Shown here: one piece after another, positions 27,284 through 37,169 of the stretch
Position numbering within the stretch: the first letter of the stretch is position 1
Layout of the letters: each line of letters opens with the position of its first letter
IMG/VR virus record: IMGVR_UViG_3300025679_000005
Length of the DNA: 64,000 nt
Reading direction: 5' to 3' (one strand)
Origin: a virus
Lineage: Duplodnaviria > Caudoviricetes
Translations under genes and position numbers: made by a program
Notes under the pieces: generated by a model
Seen by the model: the letters and a program-made list of their open reading frames with translations, nothing else
What the model was told of the DNA's origin: nothing
The model's database searches: none

Positions 27284-29698
27284 ATGTTCAGCTACAAAGT
27301 TGCAGACGCTCTATTCCTCGTTCGCCAGGCCGTTTCCACCGAAAAGTCGAAGCCGGCTGTCGTGGAAGTCCCGACCAACCATATTATGGTCATCGATTGC
27401 AGCGGTTCGATGAGTTACGAGCTGCCAAAGATTCGTGAGCAGCTCAAGAAGAAGCTCCCGAAGCTCCTCAAGGCCGAAGACACCATCAGCATCATCTGGT
27501 TCTCGGGCCGGAGAGAATGCGGGATTCTGCTAGAAGCGGAACCGGTAGCCTCCCTGACAGACCTCAAAGCCGTCGAAACGGCCATCGACCGCTGGCTGAA
27601 GCCGGTGGGGCTCACGGGCTTCAAAGACCCACTGGACCTCATCCCAGGCCTGACCGCGAAGATCTCGAAGACTCGCCCCAATAGCGTGTTTTCGATATTT
27701 TTTATGTCCGATGGTTGTGATAATTGTTCGTCCCGTCCGGAGATCATCAAGGCCGTTGAAGTCGCTGGCCAGTCGGTGGCTTCTGCCACATTCGTCGAAT
27801 ACGGCTATTACGCCGATCGCCAGCTCCTGGCCCAAATGGCAGAGAAGGCAGGCGGCTCGACCATCTTCGCTCAGCACTTCGACCAGTTCGAACCGGCCCT
27901 GGAAGCCAGTCTCCAGAAGCGCACCTCGGGTGCTCCCAAGGTCGAAGTCAAGATCACGGGTGACTCCATCTGTGGGTTCGCTTTCGGTTTCTCCGGAAAC
28001 GACCTCTTGACCTTCGCCGTAGAAGGTGGCGCCATCCACGCTCCAAAGGACCTGCCAGAAGTCTGGTACCTGTCCTCGAACAGTGTCGGAACTCAAGAGC
28101 TGGACCTTGTGAAATTCTCCGAGGCAGCGACAGGCTCGACTAAGACAGCCCCGGCCTCGTATTCGTCGGTGATGGCGGCTACTTACGCTGCGATCTCCCT
28201 GTTCTCCAATCGCATGAAGTCGGACGTGGTCCTGTCCCTGCTCAAGTCGATGGGCGATGTCACCTTCATCGACGCTTTTTCTACGTGTTTTGGTAAGCAG
28301 AAGTACAGTGAATTCGTGGAGGCTTCGCAGAAGGCCGCCTTCGATCCCAGCGTTCGCTTTACCAATGGCCGTGACCTCAACCGCATCCCCAAGGATGACG
28401 CCTTCACGGTTTTGGACCTGCTCCGTGTACTGTCCTCGGACGAATCCAATCGCCTGCTTCTTGACAGCAAGGACTTCAAGTACAACCGCATTGGCCGTGG
28501 TCAAATCGACTCCAGCTCGTTGCTCACGGATGAAGAGCAAGCCGAAGTCGCTCGCCTGACCGCGGAAATGACCAAGACCAAGGACGGCAAGAAGGTGGCG
28601 GACTTCGCTGCCAAGATCGCCACCATTACCAGCTCCAAGGACGCTCCCTTGAAGTTCGAGGCGACCCCGCTTCCGGACGGTTGCGAGATCAGTGGTCTGG
28701 TCTACAACGAGGAACGCCCGAACGTCAGTGTCAAGGTCTTCCGCAAGGGTTTAGTTGACCTTACAGAACGTAGGGCTAAGGCCACCAATGCTGGCAATGG
28801 CGACCTAGGCAAGATCCCCGCGGTCATCGACACCAACATCTGGCGTAACTACACGATCATCAAGGATGGCCTAGTAAATGTGGAGCAACTTCCGGTGCGT
28901 TTGACGGCTGGTACCATTCGCACCCTCAAGGACAAGGGGATGCCGATCGAGACCATCCTCGGTGTCGGTGGCGAGGCTCCTGAGACTGCACGTATCCGTG
29001 CTGCCAAGGCCTCGGACGATCGTGATGTCAACGTGGTGTTCGACCTCAAGGCCCTCCCCATCATCAATCGTCAGATGATCAAGGAGGCCAGTGCCCAGGT
29101 GCTATTCGAGAAAGAATACGCCCTGTGCAAGGCCCGTGCGGCCCAGAAGGTCTTCTCAGGCTTCTTGAAGGAGAAGTTCCCCAAGGTGTCTGCTGGCCTG
29201 TCTGAGTCTTTTGGTGAGCCAGCAACCCTGTGGCTCAAGGAGCTGGGAATCACTGATGGTGGCTTCAACCCCAAGAGCGTACAGGCAGAATCGACTGACG
29301 TGTACATGGGCAAGGAATTGAAGACCAGCCTCAAGGGATTGTCGACGATCCCGTCCGTGAACGAGGCCAAGAAAAAGATCGCAGCCGGAGGCAAGCTAAC
29401 CCCCTCGGTAGCCCTCATGGCCCCGTATCTTAAGGAAGTCGACGATTACCTAGCCAGTCCCGAACACAAGGCCAACGAAGCCGGCTTGGAGCAGTGGGCC
29501 AAGGACAAAGCGGAGACCGCCACGAAGACCGTCCGGGGGTTGCTCTTCGACCTCGCCAACACGAAATTTAGTATTCTGGTAGGTCAAATCTGGTTCACGG
29601 AGTTCAAGAGTTTGGATGAAGATACTTTGACTATCACCGTGGACGGCCAACAGATTGAGGGCAAAGTCCAAATGCGTGAGGTAGAGGTAAAAATCTGA
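27284..29698 (+). CDS. von Willebrand factor A domain protein
   Basis: MIDAS DCSGS, T in GLTGF, D in FMSDG; start after AAGGAG. Confidence 0.8.
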   Translation: MFSYKVADALFLVRQAVSTEKSKPAVVEVPTNHIMVIDCSGSMSYELPKIREQLKKKLPKLLKAEDTISIIWFSGRRECGILLEAEPVASLTDLKAVETAIDRWLKPVGLTGFKDPLDLIPGLTAKISKTRPNSVFSIFFMSDGCDNCSSRPEIIKAVEVAGQSVASATFVEYGYYADRQLLAQMAEKAGGSTIFAQHFDQFEPALEASLQKRTSGAPKVEVKITGDSICGFAFGFSGNDLLTFAVEGGAIHAPKDLPEVWYLSSNSVGTQELDLVKFSEAATGSTKTAPASYSSVMAATYAAISLFSNRMKSDVVLSLLKSMGDVTFIDAFSTCFGKQKYSEFVEASQKAAFDPSVRFTNGRDLNRIPKDDAFTVLDLLRVLSSDESNRLLLDSKDFKYNRIGRGQIDSSSLLTDEEQAEVARLTAEMTKTKDGKKVADFAAKIATITSSKDAPLKFEATPLPDGCEISGLVYNEERPNVSVKVFRKGLVDLTERRAKATNAGNGDLGKIPAVIDTNIWRNYTIIKDGLVNVEQLPVRLTAGTIRTLKDKGMPIETILGVGGEAPETARIRAAKASDDRDVNVVFDLKALPIINRQMIKEASAQVLFEKEYALCKARAAQKVFSGFLKEKFPKVSAGLSESFGEPATLWLKELGITDGGFNPKSVQAESTDVYMGKELKTSLKGLSTIPSVNEAKKKIAAGGKLTPSVALMAPYLKEVDDYLASPEHKANEAGLEQWAKDKAETATKTVRGLLFDLANTKFSILVGQIWFTEFKSLDEDTLTITVDGQQIEGKVQMREVEVKI

Positions 29699-29719
29699 GT
29701 CTAATAGACTTAGACACGG

Positions 29720-29757
29720 AAAGGCCCCTCTCGACTTTCGGTTTGGGAGGGGCCTTT
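29720..29757. terminator. Bidirectional terminator between convergent genes
   Basis: AAAGGCCCCTCTC/GGGAGGGGCCTTT stem. Confidence 0.65.
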
Positions 29758-29768
29758 GTCGGCCTGAC

Positions 29769-30464
29769 TCACGCCTTTTGTAGGCCAGCCTCAATCAGTT
29801 GATCGACCGTGAAAGCTTCGGGCTCGTAGCTCACGGACATGAGACCCTGCTCACCTGTGTCGGGGCGTTGGGCCCAGGTATCGGTCACTTTCTTGCAGCC
29901 ACAATGGGCACAGACTTCGTGGATGACAACTCCGCCGCCATGTCCCCAAACGCCAGGATTCTGCTTACAGCCGCCGAACAGCTCATGGGACTGTTGCCAG
30001 TCATGCTCGCTTTCGGAGCAATCCGGCTTTCCCTCATACAGGGTCACGGTATCCTCGTCCTCCTCTCCGGTCTCGTCACAGACTGCTTTCACGTCAATCC
30101 AGAGGGTACCCTTGGAGTCTGAGTAGTTGCTGCGGTCGCAATTTTCGCGGGCTGCATCGAGAGCCTCTTCAGAGGAGTCTGCGGTGACGGTATCGTATTC
30201 GTGACCGCCCTCCAATAGCCGCCACTCCCTAGGGCAGTAGGAGCCAGACAAGGCTTCGCGGGCTGCATCGAGCGTCGTCTGGGCAACGTCCTGGGCCGCC
30301 GTGGCCGCAATATAGAGAGGGTCATCGCCAGAGACTTCGTCGTCGTTATTCATCAAATCAACGAAATCTGTGGCCGTTTCTAACGCGGCAACGGCAGCCT
30401 CGACGGCCAAACGGAGGGGGTGGGTGAGGTCTTCGGTCTGAGTCGTTTCTTGATTGAGGTCCAT
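29769..30464 (-). CDS. Acidic hypothetical protein with Cys/His clusters
   Basis: 231-aa ORF preceded by a class A promoter motif. Confidence 0.6.
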   Translation of the reverse strand: MDLNQETTQTEDLTHPLRLAVEAAVAALETATDFVDLMNNDDEVSGDDPLYIAATAAQDVAQTTLDAAREALSGSYCPREWRLLEGGHEYDTVTADSSEEALDAARENCDRSNYSDSKGTLWIDVKAVCDETGEEDEDTVTLYEGKPDCSESEHDWQQSHELFGGCKQNPGVWGHGGGVVIHEVCAHCGCKKVTDTWAQRPDTGEQGLMSVSYEPEAFTVDQLIEAGLQKA

Positions 30465-30473
30465 GCCTAGTAC

Positions 30474-30501
30474 AACGGATCCTTAAGCGAGAAGTTAAGG
30501 G
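30474..30501 (-). promoter_or_regulatory. Class A promoter-like motif CCCTTAA-N16-CCGTT
   Basis: One of six copies with identical 16-nt spacing, each upstream of a gene start. Confidence 0.7.
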
Positions 30502-30570
30502 AATTTTTAGAGTATTTTTTCAGGCCTAGTTGGAATCGGTGTAACCCCCTTATGCAAACCGACAGAGGAC

Positions 30571-30951
30571 ATGACAATGACATTCGTAGCAGTGCAGTTC
30601 AAAGAGAGTGAAACCGCCCACCAACTAGTGGAGCGTTTCATGCAGACCTCGGCTGACAAGGAGTCCCGTTTCAATCAGCTCGAAGTGCTGGGGGTCCTCC
30701 TGTTTGGCAAGAACAAGTACCTTCGCTTCCGTACAGACAGCAAAGACGTGCCGGAAATACTAGGGCAGCTTCTGCTTGAAGGTAGGGGCGTGGTTCACCA
30801 GGATGGGGGAGGGTACGCAGTCAAGCTGCCTACTGGCAAGAAGGGCCCAGCATCGGCATCAGCGATGCAATCCATCGGGGATCCCACCCTAAAGAGGACT
30901 TACAAGGGTACTGCCATCCAATTCTGGGATCGGCAATTTATGCCCAGTTAA
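30571..30951 (+). CDS. Hypothetical protein
   Basis: 126-aa ORF with AGAGG and CGGTGTA upstream. Confidence 0.55.
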   Translation: MTMTFVAVQFKESETAHQLVERFMQTSADKESRFNQLEVLGVLLFGKNKYLRFRTDSKDVPEILGQLLLEGRGVVHQDGGGYAVKLPTGKKGPASASAMQSIGDPTLKRTYKGTAIQFWDRQFMPS

Positions 30952-31004
30952 GGGGCTTCAGGATAGGTTAGCCCTCGAATTTCCTTTGATTAAAGGGGTC
31001 TTGT

Positions 31005-31946
31005 ATGACCCCTTTTGGACGGATCTACCTGGTGACGAACCTGACCAACGGAAAGCGCTATGTTGGCCAAACTACGAAGAGCGTCCGCCAGCGCTGGGTC
31101 CAACATAAATCTGAGGCAAGACGCGGTGGGACTATGCCTTTCCATAGAGCAATTCGGAAATACGGGCCGGATCGCTTTGAGGTGACCGTACTAGAAGAAT
31201 GCTTCGATCTGAATTCGTTGAATTCAGCGGAGGCTCGCTGGATCTCGGTCCTTAAATCTAATATCGATGAAGGCTCCGGCTACAACTGTACCAGTGGTGG
31301 AGAGGGGTGCATTGTATCAGAGGCCACTAGGAAGCTTGCTTCGCTTCAACAGAAGCGTCGTGCTGAAAATCCCGTTCATCGTGCCTGGCTGACTGAAATA
31401 TCTAGGGCTTTCAATCAAAGTGTTGAGGGACGAGCTATACATTCAGAGATAGCACGTCAGGTGTTCTCCGACCCGGTAGTCAGAAAACGTATGTCTGAGG
31501 GTCAACTGAACAGACTTTGGACTCCTGAACAAAGGGCTCAACGACGTTCTATTGGCAAAGAAACTGGACTCCGCCGCTGGTCTAAGCATAGGGAAGAGCA
31601 GGGAGGGTGGATGCCAGAGGATGAGACCAGCTCTTTCATCCAAGGCTTAACCGTTAAGGAGTACGTTGTAAAGAGACGGAGCAACCCCAGGCTACCTAAG
31701 CAAAGTGCCTTTCCGGCAGTGTATGGGAAGACCTTTCAAGAAGTACGTGATGGCTTTAGGCGAAGTTTGTTCGTCACAGAGTCGGAGTTGAAGCTGGCTA
31801 TTACAGGCATGGCTCAGACAGAGTATGTGAGACTCAAGAAAGAAAAGAGACTAGACACAAGGTATCCTCATACAGTCAGTTTCCCGAAAGTATACGGCAA
31901 GACCTACAAAGAAATACGAGACGGATCTCGAAAGGCGGGCTCGTGA
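31005..31946 (+). CDS. GIY-YIG (Seg-like) homing endonuclease
   Basis: GRIYLVTNLTNGKRYVGQT, R, E, GYN motifs; C-terminal repeats FPxVYGKT(F/Y)xExR. Confidence 0.88.
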   Translation: MTPFGRIYLVTNLTNGKRYVGQTTKSVRQRWVQHKSEARRGGTMPFHRAIRKYGPDRFEVTVLEECFDLNSLNSAEARWISVLKSNIDEGSGYNCTSGGEGCIVSEATRKLASLQQKRRAENPVHRAWLTEISRAFNQSVEGRAIHSEIARQVFSDPVVRKRMSEGQLNRLWTPEQRAQRRSIGKETGLRRWSKHREEQGGWMPEDETSSFIQGLTVKEYVVKRRSNPRLPKQSAFPAVYGKTFQEVRDGFRRSLFVTESELKLAITGMAQTEYVRLKKEKRLDTRYPHTVSFPKVYGKTYKEIRDGSRKAGS

Positions 31947-32695
31947 AAGTCGCTGTAATACAGACATCGCCGGTCCTTAAGGACATTGAGGGCAATCTCA
32001 GGACTCTGGCCAAGCTAGTGATTGAGGCCGCAGAAAAAGGGGCTGAGCTAATTACTTGCCCCGAGATGGCTCTCTCCGGATATGGCTACATGTCTACCGC
32101 TGAGGCAGACCCCTACGCAGAGGTCATCTCCAATTACATGCGTGAGGGAGTCGCGCCACCCAGGTCCATGGAGGTCATGGGAGCAATCGCTAGGAAACAT
32201 CAGGTAGCGATTGCTTGGGGTGTGATGGAAAAAGACTACGTGACCGGAGCCCTTCACAACAGTCAAGTCTTGATGCTTCCCAACCAAACGTATGTAACTA
32301 CGCGAAAATTAAACGGATTTTCCAACGACCACCTCTGGTTTACACCGGGAACTGCTAGTCCTCCCATCATTGACTTTTTGGGGAAGCGCATAGGGTTGTT
32401 GATCTGTCGAGACATCCGCAACAAAGCTGACAAGTTCACCGACCTCTACGAGCCTGGTGATGCCGACATCGTCTGCTTCTCCTCCAACTTTGGGGACGGC
32501 GGGTTCCCCAGCAATTCTTGGCTGGACTTCGCCAAGGAAAACAAGGTCTGGTTGGCCGTTTCAAATCGCTACGGCCTCGAAGTTCCGAATAATTTCGGTG
32601 AAGGCGGGATCTGTGTGATCTCTCCCAGTGGCAAAGTCTACTGTGAGGGTCTTGTCTGGAGCCAATCCTGCATTGTCTACGCTGACGTACCCTGA
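31943..32695 (+). CDS. Carbon-nitrogen hydrolase (nitrilase superfamily)
   Basis: Catalytic triad E (CPEMALSGY), K (TRKL), C (LICRD). Confidence 0.9.
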   Translation: MKVAVIQTSPVLKDIEGNLRTLAKLVIEAAEKGAELITCPEMALSGYGYMSTAEADPYAEVISNYMREGVAPPRSMEVMGAIARKHQVAIAWGVMEKDYVTGALHNSQVLMLPNQTYVTTRKLNGFSNDHLWFTPGTASPPIIDFLGKRIGLLICRDIRNKADKFTDLYEPGDADIVCFSSNFGDGGFPSNSWLDFAKENKVWLAVSNRYGLEVPNNFGEGGICVISPSGKVYCEGLVWSQSCIVYADVP

Positions 32696-32699
32696 GATC

Positions 32700-33173
32700 T
32701 CAGACCCTGGCCAATACAGCTCGGACCAAGCGCATCATCGCCAATCCAGCAACATCGGTATCTGAGGTCGCCCGTTCGCTGACCATGTGCATGAGGTCGA
32801 TACCCCCGGTCACTTTCATCGGAGTATAGCCAAAGAAGAGCGCGGCCTTTCCGTTGCGGATGGAAACGCCCATATTGAACGCATCCAGGGGCTGACGTGG
32901 GGCAAAGTAGTAGAATATCCTACCCTTGCTTTCGGTAGCCGTCATGTAGTAGCGATCCCCTTGATGCCGAAACAGCTGTTCCAGTATCTTGGGGAGGAAC
33001 AGGTTGACGGATTCCTGGGCTTCTTGGAGTTCGAACCCGTCCTCGGAATCGAGGGCATAGGCCGTACGGCCTTCAAAGAAGAATTGCAGGACTTCTTTGG
33101 GGATTGGGGACCCGCCTTCGGAGGCCTTCTTGAAAGCCCAGGCAGCGGCGACGCGGCGTGTTAGCGGATCCAT
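32700..33173 (-). CDS. Hypothetical protein with the N-terminal RRVAAAW motif
   Basis: Likely start MDPLTRRVAAAW at 33173. Confidence 0.55.
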   Translation of the reverse strand: MDPLTRRVAAAWAFKKASEGGSPIPKEVLQFFFEGRTAYALDSEDGFELQEAQESVNLFLPKILEQLFRHQGDRYYMTATESKGRIFYYFAPRQPLDAFNMGVSIRNGKAALFFGYTPMKVTGGIDLMHMVSERATSDTDVAGLAMMRLVRAVLARV

Positions 33174-33223
33174 CACCAAGGACGGGGTGAGAAAAGGAAT
33201 TTCGGTGTAGGATCCTGGAACCA

Positions 33224-34474
33224 ATGAGAAGCTGTAGCCTCTGCCAACGTCCTGAGAACGAAGTCAAACAGCTAGTCGAGATGACTGGTGGTGCTTGTAT
33301 TTGCAACAGGTGCGTTGCCACAGCCGCTGGTTTGATAGGTGCATCTCCTAAGCAAAAGAAGGAGGAGGATGCTCCTCTGCTCAAGCCCAAAGAGATCCAC
33401 GCTGCCCTAAGTGACTACGTGATAGGGCAGGAACACGCCAAAAAGGATATCTCCGTCGCCATATACAACCACTACAAGCGCCGCGAGGCCTTGAAGCATG
33501 GGATAAACTTCGAGGTTGAGATTCAAAAGAGCAACATCTTGATCTTGGGCCCTACAGGTAGCGGCAAGACCGAGCTGGCGCGGACCATCGCCAAGAAGCT
33601 GAAAGTGCCTTTGTTCGTGGGAGACGCCACAAAGCTGACTTCGTCGGGCTACGTGGGGGATGATGTTGAGTCATTGCTCCAGGGTCTAATGACCACTTGT
33701 GGCAATGACGTGGAAAAGGCTGAATGGGGCATCGTCTTCCTGGACGAGGTGGACAAGATCGCTCGTAAGTCCGGTAAATCAGACTCTGGGTTCCGAGACG
33801 TGTCTGGGGAGGCTGTCCAGCAGGCGCTCCTGAAGATGCTCGAAGGTAACCAGGTCTCTGTTCCCCGAGCGGGCAAGTCAGGTATGGGTGGGGAATACGA
33901 CATCCTCGACACCAGCAACATCCTCTTCATCTGCGCCGGCTCCTTTGCAGGAATCGAAGAATCTGTCAATCGCCGTAAGAACAGCGGGGCATCCCTGGGA
34001 TTTGGTGGCCAATCCAGGACAAAGTTCACGGGAACGGACATCTACATGGCCGTGGAAGAGGACGACATCCTGGACTTCGGGATCATTCCGGAGATGCTGG
34101 GTCGCATTCCCGTGCGAACGACGACTGTACTCCTGACTGAGGACGAGATGGTGCGGATTCTCACAGAGCCTAAGAATGCCCTAATCAAGCAATTCCAGGC
34201 CCTCTTTGAGATGGACGGGATCGACCTGCAATTCGACGAGGAAGCCCTTAAAGCGATTGGCCGGGAAGCTATCAAACGGCCAACGGGGGCTAGAGCCCTA
34301 CGAAGCATTGTCGAACGAATCCTCAAACCTTATGCCTACGACTCTCCCAGCGACCCCTCAATCAAGGGTATCAGGGTCACCAAGGAAGTGGTGGAGGGGA
34401 CGGGAACGGCCGCTATTTTGACGGAATCCTCGGAGCAATCTGAAGTTCTTACGGTATTGACCGCGTCGATTTGA
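33224..34474 (+). CDS. clpX: ATP-dependent unfoldase ClpX
   Basis: C4 zinc-binding domain CSLC...CNRC, GPTGSGKT, GYVG pore loop, FLDEVDK, RDVSGEAVQQALLK, LGF docking loop. Confidence 0.95.
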   Translation: MRSCSLCQRPENEVKQLVEMTGGACICNRCVATAAGLIGASPKQKKEEDAPLLKPKEIHAALSDYVIGQEHAKKDISVAIYNHYKRREALKHGINFEVEIQKSNILILGPTGSGKTELARTIAKKLKVPLFVGDATKLTSSGYVGDDVESLLQGLMTTCGNDVEKAEWGIVFLDEVDKIARKSGKSDSGFRDVSGEAVQQALLKMLEGNQVSVPRAGKSGMGGEYDILDTSNILFICAGSFAGIEESVNRRKNSGASLGFGGQSRTKFTGTDIYMAVEEDDILDFGIIPEMLGRIPVRTTTVLLTEDEMVRILTEPKNALIKQFQALFEMDGIDLQFDEEALKAIGREAIKRPTGARALRSIVERILKPYAYDSPSDPSIKGIRVTKEVVEGTGTAAILTESSEQSEVLTVLTASI

Positions 34475-34492
34475 CGGGCTATATGGGTTCTT

Positions 34493-34513
34493 ATTGCTCA
34501 GTACGCTGAGACA
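34493..34513 (+). repeat. 21-bp element ATTGCTCAGTACGCTGAGACA, copy 1
   Basis: Exact copy at 39592..39612; contains a CTCAG-TACG-CTGAG hairpin. Confidence 0.8.
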
Positions 34514-34544
34514 CTTATTGGGTACACTTAGGCAGGGAGCCCAC

Positions 34545-34682
34545 ATGAGCCTGACCGCCAAGATCGTAGCCCGACACAAGGAAGACCCCAAGCAGCTGTC
34601 CAACGTCACTTGGAGCAACTTCACTGACTGGCTGAACAAGAACAAGATCGGCTACGACATGCAGTTCTCCTCCTGGCATTGA
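34545..34682 (+). CDS. 45-aa protein with the KIVARH motif
   Basis: ATG34545 after AGGGAG. Confidence 0.5.
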   Translation: MSLTAKIVARHKEDPKQLSNVTWSNFTDWLNKNKIGYDMQFSSWH

Positions 34683-34686
34683 GACA

Positions 34687-36036
34687 ATGACTGCCCCCAC
34701 GCGCCTAGTAGCTCGATATCGTTTTGCGTTCGAGCACGCTACCGAGAAGGAGATGAACCACTATCTTCATCTCCATCCTCACGCGGACCCGAAGAACCAT
34801 GTCGTGAAGAAGAACGATGAATCTGGGTCTGCGGAGGAAGACGAGCACGGGGGCCATGGCGAGCACGAGGAGAAGGAAGAGACAGCCGTCTCCAACAAGC
34901 AGAAGGTGAAGAACGTCTTCAAGGGCTTGTCAGACAAGGCTAAGGCGCTCGTAAAGAATGCCCCAGCTGTGGTCCAGAAGTTCGTAGTCGACGCAGAGCA
35001 CCGTGAGAAGGTGATGATGGACGCGGCTAAGTCCGTCTTGAGGTCACCCAAGGGCTATGCTCGGAACTTGGTGAATGTGGCCAAGGAGGTCCACGAGTTC
35101 AAAGAGGCGGGGCTTGCCATCAAGGACGTGATCTCGGGTAAGAAACTCAACGATCACCAGAAGAAAGCTGTGAAGAAGGTCGCCATCCATATGGCGATCA
35201 CAGCAGCAGCTGCGGCCATCTCGACCACAGGGATCTTTGCTGGGGCCGCCTTCATGGGCAAGGCCATGGCCAAAAAGATCGCGATGAAAGCGGCTCTGAA
35301 GGCCATGGAGAAGGTCCACATCCTAGGTGAACTTCACCATATCAGCCATGAAGCTATCCATGGTATCGTCGAGCTGATGGACAAGTTTGCAGCTGAGGAA
35401 GAAACCGGTGACGAAGAGCTGACTCCTGAAGAAGCCCTGGCCGCGTTGGTGATGAAGTGTATCACAGATGCCTTGGCTGAGTTCAACGAAGAGGACATTG
35501 GAGAAGCCCTGGAAGACGCCTCGGAAGAGAAGCAGAAGCTGTCTTGGAAGCGGACGACGGCCACCTCTAGTGACCTGCCCAAGTTGTTAACCGAAGCAGC
35601 GACGGCCATTCGAGAAGTGCAGGCAGTGCTGACACATTTCGATCGGTTGATGGTACTTTCCAGGCACAATGCAAGTCAGACGGGCCTATCAGAGGATCGT
35701 GTGTGGCAGACATCCTGGGTCAAGTACTTCACTGGGATCGAGCACCCTCTGACCATTCTTGAGCGTGTATCGGACTCTTTGGATGACATCTACTTGGATG
35801 TCCCAGCACAGGCGGACGTGGCCAACGATGCTAGAGGAGCGCTGATTCTCCCTCGTAAGGCTTTGGTTACCTACGCCATTTCGGATATTGATTTCTCCCC
35901 CAACCCGGACACAGGTCGGGAGGGGATCTCCTACAGTGTTCCAGTACTCAGGGAGTGGTCGAAAGCTCTAGAGGTCTGGGCCAAGTCGTCCCTTACCAAG
36001 ATCTCGGGGTTGGCTCGAATCAGTACTCGCTGGTGA
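34687..36036 (+). CDS. Hypothetical charged/helical protein, possibly virion-internal
   Basis: 449 aa; N-terminal RLVARY motif; His-rich and acidic stretches. Confidence 0.6.
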   Translation: MTAPTRLVARYRFAFEHATEKEMNHYLHLHPHADPKNHVVKKNDESGSAEEDEHGGHGEHEEKEETAVSNKQKVKNVFKGLSDKAKALVKNAPAVVQKFVVDAEHREKVMMDAAKSVLRSPKGYARNLVNVAKEVHEFKEAGLAIKDVISGKKLNDHQKKAVKKVAIHMAITAAAAAISTTGIFAGAAFMGKAMAKKIAMKAALKAMEKVHILGELHHISHEAIHGIVELMDKFAAEEETGDEELTPEEALAALVMKCITDALAEFNEEDIGEALEDASEEKQKLSWKRTTATSSDLPKLLTEAATAIREVQAVLTHFDRLMVLSRHNASQTGLSEDRVWQTSWVKYFTGIEHPLTILERVSDSLDDIYLDVPAQADVANDARGALILPRKALVTYAISDIDFSPNPDTGREGISYSVPVLREWSKALEVWAKSSLTKISGLARISTRW

Positions 36037-36061
36037 GGGGCCCCTGGTGTAGGATCAAGGG

Positions 36062-36904
36062 GTGAACCTGATCCGCAGCGGTAAAGTCGAGAACCTCCCC
36101 TATTCGTTGTCTAGGTGGACGGATGTCCCTGGAAGTGCGAACAAATGGTCTTGGTTTCTCCAACAGATGAAGCAGGGCTGGATGACAGCCTTCGACCAAC
36201 GCACTTCTATACCCCAGAAGTGGAGTCTCAAGCCTGAGGACACCTTGGGGTTGATGTTCTGGACGAAGAACGCTACCAACCTCCTCAACCATCGGGAGCT
36301 GTTCAAGCCCTACAACGTGAAGGTGCACGTCACTGTCACGGGGTGGGAAGAGGTCGAGAAGGGGGCCCCGGGTATTCTAGAGGGGGCGACCCTTCTTCGG
36401 GATACGGCCCGAGCCTTTGGGCGTGAGAACGTGACCTGGAGATTCTCGCCCGTACCCATCCTGGAGAGTGTGGCCCTGAGGTTCAAGGCCATTGCCTCAG
36501 TGGCAGCTGAGGCCGGCGTACAATCGGCCTACCTGTCGTTCCTACAACCCAATGACTTGGTGCCTGAGACCCGGTCTGAAAGCGATCGTAAAGCCCTCCT
36601 GCATAGCCTATCTGACATTGCCAAGGGCTATGGGATAGAGGTCCGGCTCTGCAATGAGGACTCCCTATTGACGGGGGAGCAGGACTATCCGAACCTGTCC
36701 TCTGGAGTCTGCGCAAAACCAGAGGATTTTGCCCTATCCTCACGGGATATGCCCCCGGCTGAGGGCTGTGGCTGCGTGATGGCTGTGGATCCGTTCACAC
36801 TGAATGAGTCGTGCAACTACGGATGTGCCTACTGTTACGCCTCCGACAAGAGCCTAACACCCAAGAAGCGTAATACTACTCGCAGCCTCCCTGTGGTAAG
36901 ATAG
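36062..36904 (+). CDS. DUF1848 family radical-SAM-like protein
   Basis: SLSRWTDVP, FWTKN, WRFSP, C-terminal CNYGCAYCYA (CxxxCxxC). Confidence 0.8.
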   Translation: MNLIRSGKVENLPYSLSRWTDVPGSANKWSWFLQQMKQGWMTAFDQRTSIPQKWSLKPEDTLGLMFWTKNATNLLNHRELFKPYNVKVHVTVTGWEEVEKGAPGILEGATLLRDTARAFGRENVTWRFSPVPILESVALRFKAIASVAAEAGVQSAYLSFLQPNDLVPETRSESDRKALLHSLSDIAKGYGIEVRLCNEDSLLTGEQDYPNLSSGVCAKPEDFALSSRDMPPAEGCGCVMAVDPFTLNESCNYGCAYCYASDKSLTPKKRNTTRSLPVVR

Positions 36905-36908
36905 GGCC

Positions 36909-37169
36909 ATGAAGCCCCCTCCTTTGGAAGACTCTGAGGATTTCACCGCAGAAGAAGCGGAGTACGCCATCCCCGCGGCTACCTCGCAGTTCGTTCTGGC
37001 ATCGGCAGGCGAGGTAGCAGAGGCCCTACCCGGTAGGTCTATCCGGTACGAACTCCGTCGTCGCCGGCCTCACATGTACTGCCGGACTCTGATAGGGACT
37101 CCGGGAAACCCGGATAAAGTCTTGGTTTTTCGCCTTGATTGGCTAAAGGAGATCCCAGATGGCGTGTGA
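36909..37169 (+). CDS. Small hypothetical protein
   Basis: 86-aa ORF in the operon. Confidence 0.45.
   Translation: MKPPPLEDSEDFTAEEAEYAIPAATSQFVLASAGEVAEALPGRSIRYELRRRRPHMYCRTLIGTPGNPDKVLVFRLDWLKEIPDGV

Noticed and set aside
27530-28540. 336-aa minus-strand ORF and similar long antisense ORFs throughout
   Set aside because: Shadows of real genes in GC-rich, codon-biased DNA
29873-29885. 13-nt match (CCCAGGTATCGGT) to spacer 2 suggesting self-targeting
   Set aside because: Flanks do not extend the match, and a 13-mer hit in 64 kb on two strands is plausible by chance
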